Assembly: GCF_009914755.1 (NCBI RefSeq)
Contig: NC_060931.1
DNA: 64,000 bases
Strand: one strand, 5' to 3'
Source of the DNA: the human T2T-CHM13v2.0 reference genome, Homo sapiens
Shown piece by piece: positions 29,290 to 43,749 of the stretch; position 1 is the stretch's first letter; every line of letters begins with the position of its first letter. The translations under genes and the position numbers were made by a program. The notes beneath the pieces are model-generated. The model was not told the origin of the DNA and did not search any database. It saw only the letters and a program-made list of their open reading frames with translations.

Positions 29290-32200
29290 TATTATTCCAG
29301 AATTACCTAATTCTTCTATATCTTTGACCTTCTTTCTGAATGCTCCGTCTACCTTCTGCTGTATTTAGAACCTGGCTCTCAGCTTAGAAGGCTCTCAAGT
29401 TCTCAAGGGATAACTAACTGCAAATGATCTTCTCATATCACACATACTCTTAATCTAGGAACTAGGATTGACATTCTTTTTCTCCATTGCTACTTTCAGA
29501 TTGTTATTACCTTATTTTTTTATGAGGAAAAGGAAAGGAAAGAATAAAATGAGAAAAGAAAAAATACTCCTTTGAGGCTTACACCATTCAATCGCATCAA
29601 ACTCTCCATCTCTTAAATATCTCCATCTTCCAAAGTCAGGATCACTGTCTGTAGGTCACTAGGGGAATTGAGTCCTGGCTTGTAATTGTCTCCACCACTT
29701 CCAAGATACCATCCCTGTGTGTCATCCAAGTCCTCTCCAATTACCTGGCCCAATGTTTTGACCTCTTAGGTTCTCAGTCTCTGCATCTCCAATGAGCACA
29801 ATCTTGCTTCAGACTTCTTTATGTCCAAAGCAATAATTGAAATGTATTTATTCATAAACTTTGACCACTAGCTCTCCTCCTTACAGCTTGGTATTTTTAA
29901 TTGCTTCTGTTATAACAAGTCTTTGACTTTGTCATTGTCTCCAGGCTAATGTTCCCTGTATTTCCTCCCAATTTATCTCCCTCTTTCTTCATTTTGCTTC
30001 TGAGATCATTTAGAGTACATGTTCCATTGTTTCAATAATATTCTTGACAATGCTATAAATTTCATTGCCTTTCTGATTTATCCATTACTGCCTTCTAAGG
30101 AAACCTCAAAACTGAATGTGTGTGACTATCTGCTTTTTTGATGCCTGCCTCTCAGCAGCTGAGTGCAGCCAGGCAAAATCACACAATAGGCCAAATTGGC
30201 TCCATTGTAAACCCATAATCACCAGCCTCAAGTGGTGCCTTCAGCATTGCCTAATAATCTCATCAGCTTTCTCTGGCTCATTCACTCTCACACTCACCTC
30301 AATGACTATGTTAAAAGTTTTCCACTCTCTTCAAACCACTCTCTTCATCTCTCAAACACAGCAAATCTCCTTTTCGTAAAGATATAGGAATTTTACAAGG
30401 AAAATAGAAACCATCAGATGGAATTTACATCACGTCCTTGATATCAAACCAACACACATCTACATTTTCAGTTATCTTAGTTTCTCTCACCACTGAGAAA
30501 AATAAAAAAGCTGTTTCTTTTCCTAGCTAAATATACATTCTCCATTACTTGTGCTCTGGCTCAATGTTTTCCCAAATGGTTAAGAACCTTGTACTGCTGA
30601 CTAGTTTTCCTCTCTTCCATATATACATCTCTCTCCCTCAGTTGGACTTTGTTATTCGTTTTATACAACCTAAGTTCTTGATATGAAAATCAAAAAATCC
30701 TCATCAATTATTTATTCTTCTCCAACTACTGCCCCAGTCTCTTCTTTCCTTCATGGCCAGACTTCTCAAGTTGTCTGAACTTTGTTTTAGTTATTCACTG
30801 CTCATTCACTGCTTCACAGCTTAATCCAATCTAACATATGGCCACATGACTACCCTGAAACAATTCTCAAGAAAGCAACAGATGTCCAAAATAACACTTA
30901 ACTCAACTACCATTTCCCAGTTCTCATCTCATTTGATTTCTCAACAAGATCTGACACCACTGACCACTGTTTCCTTCATGAAATACTATGATCTCTTGAT
31001 CGATGAAAAGAGAAGGCCTAAGAATAAAACTCAAGAAGCTTCATTATCTAATAGCCCAGATGACAAAGATTGCCTTTTGAATACAGCTGATTAATCCTAG
31101 ACCTTATTGTCTTTTCACCCACTTAAACTCACATCCTGGTAAATTCAGCTGCATCCACAGCCTCAATATCTAATACTCACTTGACTCAAACTTGTACCTC
31201 AAGCCCATGTTTCCTCTGAGCTCAGAGTACCATATTCGACTACCTACACATCTCCTCCAGGATATTTCAAAGACCTTTCAATACATGTTCAAAACCAAAC
31301 ACAAAATATTCCCCCAAACATGGTGATTTTCCATTATTTTTAAATTCAAGACATGGTACCACTGTCCATGCAGCTCCTTAAACCAGAGGCCTATGTGTTC
31401 TTATTGACATATCACTTTCCTTCCACCTTCATTCCAAATTCCTATCAAGTTCTGTTCATCTCATGTCCTAAACATCCCTCAGCATTGTCCACTTTTCCTA
31501 GTCTACACCATCACCACTCTAGTCTAAGCTACCGAAAACTCTTTTGGATTAGTACAGTGGTCTTCTACCTATTGAACTCCATTTACCCTGACTCTAATCT
31601 GTTCTTCATGCTAAAACTAGAGTGATCTTTTCAAATTATAGAGTTGATAATATTACCCCCTTTCCATGCATTCTACTTGAATTTCTCAATGTCTCCCCAT
31701 TTACTCTGAAAATCAAGATGAAAATATGTGACTTGACCTAGGAGGCCTCGCATGGCCTGCCTCTTACTTCTCTGGTTATATTTCACATTCAGCTAAGCCT
31801 TTAACACATGGAGAAATCTATCCTCTCCTTACCTAGTTAATGTCTATTGCTGTGGTCTGAATGTTACTGTCCCCCCAAAATTCACCTGTTTAAACCTAGT
31901 ACCCAATATGATAGCATTAAGAAATGGGGTCATTGGGAAGTAACTAAGTCATGAGGGTTCCATCATGATGAATGGGATTAGAGTCTCTTATGAAGGAAGC
32001 TCCAGTGGGCACCTTGGCCCCTTTCACCACAAGACACAGCAAGAAGACACAATCTTGAAGCAAAGAGCAAGCTCATGTCAGACACTGAATCTGAATCTGT
32101 GGGTGCCTTGATCTAAGACTTTTCAGCCTCCAGAGCCATGAGAAATAACTTTTTGTTGTTGTTTATAAGTCATTCAGTCTAAGGTATTTTGTTATAGCAG

Positions 32201-32495
32201 TCCAAGTGGACTGAGACACCTATATATCTTTCTTTCTGTTCTCAACTCAAGTGACATGTTCTCAGGGAATCTTTCCCTAATCTTCTCAGCAGTTTAAATC
32301 CCTTCATTATCTGTCTTGGCCCTCTCCACAGTTGCATTTATACATTTGTTTGTGCAATGATGTGATGAGTGTCTCCCCCTCCATGCTAGATCACAAGGAC
32401 ATAAGGGAAAAGACAGATCTGTTTTCTCTCACAGTTTTATCACTGCACCTAGAAGAATTTTTAGGTAAATAGCAATCAGTCAGTAAACATTGGTA
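29290..32495 (+). mobile_element. Long degraded L2 element (ORF2 region through 3' end), interrupted by a MaLR LTR
   Basis: Pyrimidine-rich L2 motifs: 'gaacctggctctc', 'aaaatagaaaccatcagatggaa', 'ctgacaccactgaccact', 'cctacacatctcctccaggatattt..catgttcaaaacc', 'gagtgatcttttcaaa', 3' end 'cagtaaacattggtagaat'. Confidence 0.7.
31848..32218 (+). mobile_element. MaLR solo LTR (MST/MLT1A-like) with 5-bp TSD
   Basis: 'tgctgtggtctgaatgtt..ccccaaaattca' to 'ttgttatagcag..ggactgagaca'; flanks tctat (31843-31847) and cctat (32219-32223). Confidence 0.85.
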
Positions 32496-33361
32496 GAATC
32501 TGTGAATTGCCTGAAGAAAACGGAAATTATCCTAACTCTGGTACAGCATTGTTTTATCACAGAGAATTATTTTAGATGGCTCCCAGAGTCAGTCCTTCAT
32601 CCTACGATTCTATGCCATATGAGCCTATTCCTCCTTAGAAGCATGCATTTCCCCTCTCTACACTTGTGCATCTGAGACATATTGTCGATAAGTTAGATAA
32701 TAAGGAAGGAAAAGAGCAATAGAAGACATGCCCTTGACTGTTCTGTTAAAAATAAAAAGTTAAATTTTGTTGTGTACCTAACTCAATGCCATCTACTCAA
32801 ACTGTATTCTGAGGCATAACAAGGGACGCTAGAAGCTGTGGATCTAAATTGGGCTATAGACAAGTTCTTCCTCAGTCGTGGGCAACAATTTCATGAATAT
32901 CCATGCATGGCATAGCTTCATCTATTATTCTAGGAAACAATAACTTGAAACAACTTGAGTACTGTTTGTTCGTATGATATGGTGTGGGACTCTCAGCTTT
33001 AACTGTTTATCCAACATATTTGCAAACTCACATTGTGTGAATTTAAACTTTGCCAATCATCGCTCCTACTCCACTTGATTATTGACAGGTATGGTCTGCT
33101 TTAGTCTATTAAACGCATTATATTTGATGACATTTCAAAGGAGTAAATGTGCACTTTCTCTAAGCACACACAATAGATTACAGTCCCAGTAGCTTTCTAG
33201 GCACAAATGTTGACTATAGTAATTGAACCATGACCCTATCTGTGAATTTGATTATACAGCCTTTGTGCACTTTGGCACTAAGCAGCGAAAAAAAGGCAAA
33301 CTGTGAAAACGATAACACTCCAGTCTTGGAAACAGTGATTTCTAGAAAAAATTTCATAGGA

Positions 33362-33653
33362 GGCCAGGCACAGTGGGTCACGCCTGTAATCCCAGCACTT
33401 TGGGAGGCTGAGGTGACGGGCAGATCATCTGACCTCGGGAGATCGAGACTAGCCTGGAAAACATGGAGAAACCCCATCTCTACTAAAAATACAAAAAATT
33501 AGCTGGGCATGGTAGCAGGCTCCTATAATCCCAGCTACTCAGGAGGCTGAGGCAGTAGAATCACTTGAACCTAGGAGGCAGAGGTTGCCGTGAGCCAAGA
33601 TCACACCACTGTACTCCAGCCTGGGCAACAGAGCCTTCTCAAAAAAAAAAAAA
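33362..33653 (+). mobile_element. AluS element
   Basis: Sense Alu dimer 'ggccaggcacagtgggtcacgcctgtaatcccagcactttgggagg' with middle A-rich linker and A-tail. Confidence 0.92.
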
Positions 33654-33659
33654 GGCGGG

Positions 33660-33792
33660 GGCAGGTGCAATGGCTCATGTCTGTAATCCCGGCACTTTGG
33701 GAGACCAAGGCAAGAGGATCGCTTGAGTCTAAGAGTTTGAGCTTAGCCTGGACAACATACTGAGACCCCACCTTGTAAAAAAATAAAATAAC
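33660..33792 (+). mobile_element. FLAM/AluJ left-monomer-like element immediately downstream of the AluS
   Basis: 'ggctcatgtctgtaatcccggcactttggg..aggatcgcttgag..agcctggacaacat..gacccca' followed by an A-rich tail; monomer length. Confidence 0.85.
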
Positions 33793-33999
33793 ATTAATAA
33801 ACAGTTAAAGCCTAAGTAACAATGGGTATGAAATGATGAACTAGCCTAACCCCAGGCTGCTACAAATTGAGGTGATGTGTAAGACAGGGCAGCATGTAGC
33901 AGTCTAGGTTTTATGCTTCTGTGCCATGGTGGTTCCTTTTTCATTTTGAATCCTAGCTACCAGCTAATCTTTACATGAAAGAAAAATGCCCAGTCAATG

Positions 34000-34510
34000 T
34001 AAATTGGTACAATCTCCCTCCGAATAAATTCAGCAGTTTGCATCTTCCTTAAAATATTCTTTTTCTGTAACTCAAAATTTCCATTTCTAGGAATTTAATC
34101 CTAAGGAAGCATTGTAGGAGAAATATAGGGGTCTAAGTTCAGAAAGTCTGGTTAAAACATAATTTTCAACAGCAAAGAAAATAATTGGAACAAATAGAGA
34201 ATGGTTAAAAAAATATGAAAATTCCTATGATAAAGTAAATATAAAATACCAGAGCCACTTATTTAAAACCCAATGATTTGAAGAATAATTAACAACCTAG
34301 GGAAATATTCTATGATATTAAATCAAAAAAATCAAGCTATAAAATTATAATTCTAGTTTTAGCTCAATTAAATATATCATATAGTCCATAAGCACATAAG
34401 ATAACAGAAATGAAAATTCTCAAAATAATAAGCATTTATTTGTGAGCAGTGACATCACGGATCATGCTTCTTTTCTTCAATATGCTTGAGTATATTTTCA
34501 AAATACAATA
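34000..34510 (+). mobile_element. Old L1ME 3' fragment
   Basis: 'aatttccatttctaggaatttaatcctaagga', 'aaatagagaatggttaaa', 'gggaaatattctatgatatt'. Confidence 0.55.
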
Positions 34511-35509
34511 AACAGTTATACTTACTTCCACAAACAGTATTACTGTCCAATAGTATTACTTTTTAAATAAGCAAAACAAATTAAATTTGAAAAAAAAATA
34601 TTTCCACCATTCCAATATCTCAGAATTAGCTGAGAAATAACATGTAGTCCAAGACAAAGCCCAAGGCTTTAGCAATGGGGACGACACCAGAAAGACAATA
34701 AGGACCGTGAATCTAGTAAAGAACTGTGCTCACTCACTAGACTTGTTTATTGAAAACTTAACAAGTGCCAAAGATTGTGCTAGCTGCTCAAACTAAACAA
34801 ACTGGTGCATATCCATGGAAGTACAATTCCACTGCCTGATAGAAGATGGTGAAACAGATGAGTTAGGGAGAAAAACAGTAGATAAATTAGAAAGAAGACA
34901 GGAATGAGGACAATATGTTCTTTGGCCTTATCTAGTTATGTCTTCATGAATTCTTATTGAGAAATGACTGGAAGTCGCTATCAGAGTTCCACTGTTTATT
35001 ATTTTTAGTCATGCTGTCCACTAAATGTGTATCACTTGTATAGAGTCCATTGTTCAGTGCTATTTCAGCCAATCTCATTTAGTTATCATGATGAATTTCA
35101 TAATAGAAGAACTCTTGGATCTTATTATAGATGGAATTCAAGCACCTGATTTCAATCGTCACTGTAGTTACGATTCTAGTGCCTAAAATGAGCAAACCAG
35201 ATAAACTGCCCTTCTTTGTTACTGAATAGCAAGTCCCTGCTGGGTGTGCCAAATATAGCAGCAATTGCATGCTATAACAAAAGGGTTTTAAAATCTATCT
35301 ACTGTTTTTTTTTCTTTTTTAATCTGCTTACTGTTTAAATGCTGGATGAAGTTATGGCAGGGTTCCCTAGAGGAAATTGAGCTTGACAACTTTTTAAAAT
35401 CCCTAGAAAGTGCTCTTTCTAACTGAACTTTGGAAATTGAAAATATATTTATCTTTCCAAACATAAAGAATATTAAAGTTAATAACCACATTTTTCCTAG
35501 AAAAAATTT

Positions 35510-35539
35510 CTAAGCAGGTACATCTTAAGTATTCTCACA

Positions 35540-35586
<47 letters not shown>

Positions 35587-35727
35587 CTATGTGAGGTGAT
35601 GGATATTTTAAATAGGTTGATTGTGGAAATCATTTTACAATATATATGTATATCAAATAATCACATTGTACACTTTATATATAATTTTTGTCAATTACGC
35701 ATCAATAAAGCTGGGGAATAAAAGAAA
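35510..35727 (+). mobile_element. L1MA/L1MB 3' terminus
   Basis: 'gtaactatgtgaggtgatggatat..tgattgtgg..atcattttacaat..atcacattgtacac..tgtcaatta..caataaagctgggg'. Confidence 0.8.
35541..35582. repeat. Perfect (CA)21 microsatellite
   Basis: Direct reading. Confidence 0.97.
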
Positions 35728-36938
35728 AATTAACCATTTCCTATAGAGCATGAAAAGTTATTAATGAAAATTGCCATCACCTGTTGAGTTTGCTCTCGTA
35801 CCAAAGTCTAAATACTTATATAACTGGCAGGTTAATTACTTACTAAGCACACCACAGCAGTGCTGTTAGCTATAGGGAATAGTAATTTCACTGACTACAA
35901 CCTAGTCCTAATAAGAGAGGAACTTTTGCCATTTCAAATGAAATGTGTGCCATGGGGGTAGTCCATGGACTCTAGTATTTTAGACACACAGGAGAGTCAG
36001 AGATTTCAAGGAATTGAAGGAAATTCTGAGACACAATTTGGGAAGAGATGTCACTCTGAGTTCTTTATATTCTATAAGCCCATCTCCAACTTTCGGCATG
36101 ATCTATACTGAGTTCTTAGTTCCTTCCTTGGAAAGTGCAACACAAAACAGTGACTGTTCCAAAGCTTCAAGTCTGGATTGCCTTCTAAATCTGGATGTAC
36201 AGCTGCTGATTAGTAGATCATTTTGACTCTTGATTCTTTCTATAGGCAATTGAGCATTTATGACCAGTCTGTAATGAAACAACTCTCCCTCCCTATTTTT
36301 AAAATGAAAGTGCTACCAGAATATAACAGGGACCATATTAGCTTCAGTGGATAGTCTAAGTTTTAAAAATTGTGGAGATATTTATACAGTAGGAGAAGGT
36401 ATATTCTACCTGCTGTGGGTGGGAGGAGTGATTGTCATGATGGGGTGATGAGGGAAAGAGTTAAAGGCTTTTCGTAATCACTATTTGCTCAAGATAATAA
36501 AAGCTTGAGTAGATCTTAACTCCCCTCCTTTTTTGGTGGGGGTGGTTGTAGACACTGAGTTTTACCTACCCCTACTGACTTCTTCAAGGGGTGGGGGTTA
36601 TCACCCAATTTTACAATCTTTCCTAGGTCAGAAATGAATTGCTCTGTTAACCTCAAAATCCTACTATCTTTTACAGGATGGATGCAATAATTAAATCCCT
36701 CTTTTCACTAAAAAACACTAAACAGCAAGCCACACTTAAAAGAAAAACTTCTCACTGGAAAATTTTAAGAATTAAATTGTTCATTGGTTATAAGACGTAA
36801 AATGTGTCTTCTGAGAAATATCACAATAAACTTCATATGACTAACTCTAGGGCCATAGCTGGAGATCGTATTTTTTAATCCTACTTGTGGTCAGGAGACA
36901 AGAACATCATTAATGGGATGACAAGTGTTAGAAACTTT

Positions 36939-38231
<1,293 letters not shown>

Positions 38232-38584
38232 GGAGCATTTTCTGCAAATACCTGGTTTAGAAGGTATCTGGCTGGTCCTCCACTAGGAAGTTGGGTGGAG
38301 TAAGCAATAGTTTATTTGATAGGAGACAGAGGGATTAAAAATGGCTTTTCCCATTAGGACAATAGGGTATCTAAAATTCCCATCACTAGTCATTCCTGTG
38401 AGTAAAATGTTTTTATCTTACATTATATTTAGTTTTCAATTACTTGTTTCCCACTGCATGCTTTTGTTTTCATTATACTTCAAATAATTTTTATCATGAT
38501 TATTAAGCCATCAGAAGATTCAAATTATAAATTCATTACTGAAGACATAGGTGACTTAACACTTCTGTGGTCTTCCTTTTAATA

Positions 38585-38760
38585 CAGGGCTGATTAAAAG
38601 CATGTATTTTGCAGCCTGTCAGGCTGGGTTTGAATCATAGCTTCACCCCTAACTGCGTGATCCTGGGCCTCACATTCCTCATCTGTAAAATAAGAATTTA
38701 AAAAAAAAAAAGCTGCATAGAATATTGTTCAAAGATATTAAACAAAATCATTCACGTAAA
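38585..38760 (+). mobile_element. MIR
   Basis: 'ctgggtttgaatc', 'ttcctcatctgtaaaat'. Confidence 0.6.
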
Positions 38761-38873
38761 AACATAACATGTCATGATATGTATTAAATATGTCATGCAG
38801 AGAAAAATATTTAAAAATTGATGCATTCTTGCTTCTCTACAATTTGTAGAAATATATTTTAAAAGTGCTTGTA

Positions 38874-39850
38874 CAGTAAAAGAAACTATCATCAGAGTGA
38901 ACAGGCAACCTACAGAATGGGAGAAAATCTTTGCAATCTACCATCTGACAAAGGGCTAATATCCTCAATCTACAAAGAACTTACACAAATTTACAAGAAA
39001 AAAACAAACAACCCCATCAAATAGTGGGTGAAGGATATGAACAGACATTCTCAAAAGAAGACATTATGCAGCCAACAGACACATGAAAAAATGCTCATCA
39101 TCACTGGTCATCAGAGAAATGCAAATCAAAAACACAATTAGATACCATCTCACGCTAGTTAGAACGGCAATCATCAAAAAGTCAGGCAACAACAAATGCT
39201 AGAGAGGACATGGAGAAACAGAAATGCTTTTACACTGTTGATGGGAGTGTAAATTCGTTCAACCATTGTGGAAGACAGGGTGGCAATTCCTCAAGGATCT
39301 AGAACTAGAAATACCATTAGACCCAGCAATCCTATTACTGGGTATATACCCAAAGGATTATAAATCATGCTACTATAAAGTCACATGCACACGTATATTT
39401 ATTGTGGCACTATTCACAATAGCAAAGACTTGGAACCAACCCAAATGTCCATCAATGATAGACTGGATTAAGAAAATGTGGCACATATACACCATGGAAT
39501 ACTATGCAGCCATAAAAAGGATGAGTTCATGTCCTTTGTAGCGACACGGATGAAGCTGGAAACCATTCGAAGCAAACTATCACAAGGACAGAAAACCAAA
39601 TACCGCATGTTCTCACTCATAGTTGGGAGTTGAAAAACGAGAACACATGGACACAGGGCAGGGAACATCACACACTTGGGCCTGTCAGGGGGTAGGGGGC
39701 TGGGGGAAGGATAGCATTAGGAGAAATACCTAATGTAAATGATGAGTTGATGGGTGCACCAAACCAACATGGCACACATATACCTATGTAACAAACCTGC
39801 ACGTTGTGCACATGTACCCTAGAACTTAAAGTATAATAATAATTGTAAAA
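38874..39850 (+). mobile_element. 5'-truncated L1PA6/7-like element
   Basis: ORF2 C-terminal remnant (39266-39541) and 3'UTR 'gcattaggagaaatacctaatgtaaatgatgagttgatgggtgc'. Candidate TSD aaaagtgctt(g/a)ta at 38861-38873 and 39996-40008. Confidence 0.92.
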
Positions 39851-40649
39851 ATCCTATACTCTATAAGTACTCAATTGTTTAACAAAATGAACAGAAATTC
39901 TGTTTCATAATTTACGTGTTTAACTTAACACATTGACTCTCCATATTTATGTTTTGTAGCTATCGAGTGAGATATTGTAAAATAATAATAATAATAAAAG
40001 TGCTTATAGCTTGGAATTTTTTACATATTCAAGATAAAGAACAGAAAATATCTACAAATTGTTTTCAGTTGATTCTTTTTCCCATGCCTTCTAGGGAGGG
40101 CACATCCCATCCAGTCAACAAGTTATATCATTTCTCAGCTCCTCAGTTTTCTCATCTATTAAATGAGATGTGTGGACTAAATATGAAGTTTTCAAAATTT
40201 TTAGTTATTCTAGTTGATGAGATACCTTTCATTCAAATGCAAATTTCACAGGAGCTCAACTATTAAAAATGCATAAAATTGAAGCTACTCTATTTAAAGT
40301 GGGCTTGGGTAGGGAGTAAAACTTTACCTACCTCACTAGATCAGAATAAAATACAAGTTACTCGGTTAATATCTTATGATTCTACATAGAAACTTGTTGT
40401 TTTTCAAAATCCATGTAAGCAAAAATGGAAGCCTTTCCTGATAATTAAAGTGATAAAAAGGAAATTTTAATAGTATCATTTGTTTACCGGCTTCATTTCA
40501 CTGGTTATTTTAAAGCTAGGTTTTTTAAAAATTGGCTTAAGTTTCCTATTGCAAAACTTTTCTACAGAGCCATATTTCATTTAAAAAAAAAGTGTGGTAT
40601 TGTGAAAGGAGAGTAAGAATTTTTAAGTGCTGAACTGAGGAGGAGATAA

Positions 40650-40890
40650 AAATAATAGCTAATGAATACTGAGGACCTAGTTATGTACCAGTTCAATAGT
40701 TCTAAGCATTTTATATGGTTTAGCCCATTTAATTCCCATGACGATCACATGAAATCAAATAGCTATTTATAATATACTATTTTAAAGATGAAAAATACCA
40801 AAAAAACTTTAAGCAATTTGATCAAGGTCATATAGTTTAGTAAGCAAAGCCTCTGGGATTTGAACTTGGAGAGTCTGGAGCTCTACTGAT
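40650..40890 (-). mobile_element. MIR
   Basis: Antisense core: 'aataatagctaa', 'gttctaagcattttatatgg..catttaattc', 'aagcaatttgatcaaggtcatatag..gggatttgaac'. Confidence 0.7.
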
Positions 40891-42834
40891 GTGGCCCTTA
40901 AATATTTCAAGGATTATATGATATTTTAATAAATAAAGAAAACTCCATAGAAGCATACATAAAGTAATAATGTAAAATCATGTAGATATAAATTAAGTTC
41001 CTTAAAATCTCTAGAGTCTAGAGAACATACTAGCTGATGATTAGGAGGTTAAAAAAATATTAGTTCTTCTTTCATGGTGACTAGTATTTACTTCTAATTT
41101 TCAACAGTTTATTAATTTTTAAAAAGAAACAAAATATTTAACTGTACTTTTTTTTTTTACAAAGCAGACTATTGCAAATTATAGAGAATATTTTGACCCT
41201 TTTGAAGAAAACCTGCATAGAGTGTTAGATTTAATCTTAATAATGCTTTATTTTCTACAATAAGTCTGTAAATAAGTTCAAGATCATCTGCTGTGTGATC
41301 TCTTCTCTTGCAGGAAAGGAGAAAAAAAATGATAGTAGTCGCTGCAAGGTAAAGGCTTATCAATGTCCCTTTAGGAGGGCTACTCTACTTTCCTTTGAGA
41401 ATATCCCCATCTTGTGGAATCTCCTATGCCCTGAGGGCACGTTATGGGCAATTCTCCTCTGCATTTCAGCCAGGGGGCTGGAGATTCCTCAGATAAGTGT
41501 AATCCCTGATGATCTGGGCAAAAATCCGATTCCAAAGAGGTGTCTACACATTTTGAGTACATATGCCCCAAAGCATGCCAATGACAGTCCTAGAGTTGTT
41601 CAAATGGCTCCAGATTCTTTTTGAAGTCTCATCTCCTGTGTGTTCTGATTACTTTGGCTTACCAGCAGGACGACTGTTTTGCTAAATTAATGCACAAGAC
41701 ATGTGAAGGAGATGAATGCCCTTCCTGTTGAGAGCCAGCAGGAAGGCTGGCTGCTGAGGCAGATGCTGTCTGTTTAAACACCTCCCGCTCACAGCCTAAG
41801 TGCCCAAACCCTGTGGAAGAATGCCTGATTCAGGAACCAAGGTTGTCAAACCAGATCACATTAACTGCTTTGGCAGCTTTTCTCTCTCTCCGACTCAATG
41901 CTGTTTTGTGGTTTGCAGTGGGTGTTCTTTACCATGGCATTAAATTCACAACACAAGAGGCGTAATAGTCAGGCTCCTGCTTTGAAAGAGATGAGGTTAT
42001 CTATGGAATAATTAGCCCATATCTGAAAAGAGGAGAGATAAATCAAAACCTTCGCAGTGACGAGTTGTTTTCAACTGGTCAATTCACATTGTTTATAATA
42101 CGAAGACAACCCATCCATTAAGCATCCACCATTTTAACGTTTAAGAATAAGGACAGTTGATATTCTTGTTTAGGATTTCTAGTGCACATGGACGAACATT
42201 GCACCAGGTCAATTTTTTTTAAAAGTAGCTTAAGACAAGAGCCATGACATCAATTTTGTGAGAAGAAAAATCATCTGTTTTAAAAAATGAAAAAGAATAA
42301 AGAATTAAAACATTCTCAATCTGCATTTTATTTTATGGTCCACAAGAGATATTTATTTGATACAATAATACAGTTAGTGTTCCATCCAACAACTAGAACA
42401 AAAGGAATAAAACTTTGTATATATACATAAAAACTCAAGATATTTAATGTGACAAGTATATATATTTAAAATAATGCTCTTAAAATTCCTTAGTTATTGA
42501 AAATATAAAAACAAAAAGATGTTCATAGAAACAGAATGCATGAAACCAAATATCAAAGTTTGAGCAAATTAATATGTGAGGCAACTTAGCTAACAATGCA
42601 TGATTTTCTTGTTTACAATCTACTAAAAATATCTTTATATCAACTGAGTGGCAAAATAGGTTTAATAAACTCAGACACCTACCGACAGAGTATTACTTTC
42701 TTTTGAGCTGGTAGTGACCACAGAAATGTCAGATCATTTCTCTGAATGAAGCATTTTATTCAAGTAACACAAAACTTCCAGACATATTTTCATAATATAT
42801 TTAATCATTTCTTCATGTGATATTTATAGATAAT

Positions 42835-43085
42835 TTGAATTTTCTGGTGTAGTTACGTGGATATATTGTGTAGTAGTGAAGTCTGAGCTTTTAGTGTAAC
42901 CATCACCTGGATAATGTACATTGTACCCACTAGGTAATTTTTCTTCCCTCAGGATCCTCCCTCCTCCCACCCTTGAGAGTCTCCAATGTCTATTACTCCA
43001 CAACCTGTCCACGTGTACACATATTTAGCTCCCAACTATGAGAACATGTGATATTTCACTGTTTCTGAGTTATTGCACTTACGTA
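42835..43085 (-). mobile_element. L1PB/L1MA 3' UTR fragment
   Basis: Antisense 'gtgaagtctgagcttttagtgtaaccatcacc..aatgtacattgtaccca..gagtctccaatgtctatt..tttagctccca..tgagaacatg'. Confidence 0.8.
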
Positions 43086-43420
43086 TTATGTAATATATAA
43101 CACACTTCATACATGTAACATACATGGAAGGTGTTGAAACAAAGTAAAATCATGACCCCCTACCCCATTTACCTAAATATTACCTACCCTATATACCAAA
43201 GTACCTGTGCAGTCCTCTAATATCTTCTCTTACCTCCTTATCACCAATTATTCTGAAATATGTTTCTCTTTTTAAATTTATTTTTAATTCACAAATAAAA
43301 ATTCTCTATATTTATCATATACAAAACAATGTTTTGAAGTATGTGTACATTGTAGAATGGCTAAATCCAGCTAACATATACATAACAATGCATGTGTTTC
43401 TCATTCTTAATGTTAATATT

Positions 43421-43742
43421 CAGGTCCATATCCATTATTAAAAAACCTCAGGACCAGATGTATTTCAGATTCAGATTGTTTTTATCAATTTCAGAAAGAT
43501 TATATAGGGCATATCTTATATATTATGATTATTCCCAACAGAGTCTAGAGAGAATTCAGTAGTCAAACTCATCAATATATCCCAGGGCACAATGGGTGAA
43601 CATTTACATCTGCTATAAATAAACACTATGAATAGCCTTATGTTGTCTGTTTTTGCCACCAAACGAGGTTGCATATAAAAACAAACTTTCACATCTCATG
43701 GCCTTATGGATTTTGGAATTCCAGCTAAAGAGCTTAGATCTG
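43421..43742 (+). mobile_element. MER46C-like Tigger-derived DNA transposon
   Basis: 'caggtcca...ggaccagatgtatttcagattcaga', 'taaataaacactatgaatagcct', 'ggattttggaattccagctaa...gatctg'. Confidence 0.65.
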
Positions 43743-43749
43743 CTGTTTA

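Noticed and set aside
35079-35270. Possible minus-strand terminal coding exon (cattttag|G acceptor, GTRIVTTVTIEIR...)
   Set aside because: No recognisable protein similarity, modest acceptor, and no partner exons found.
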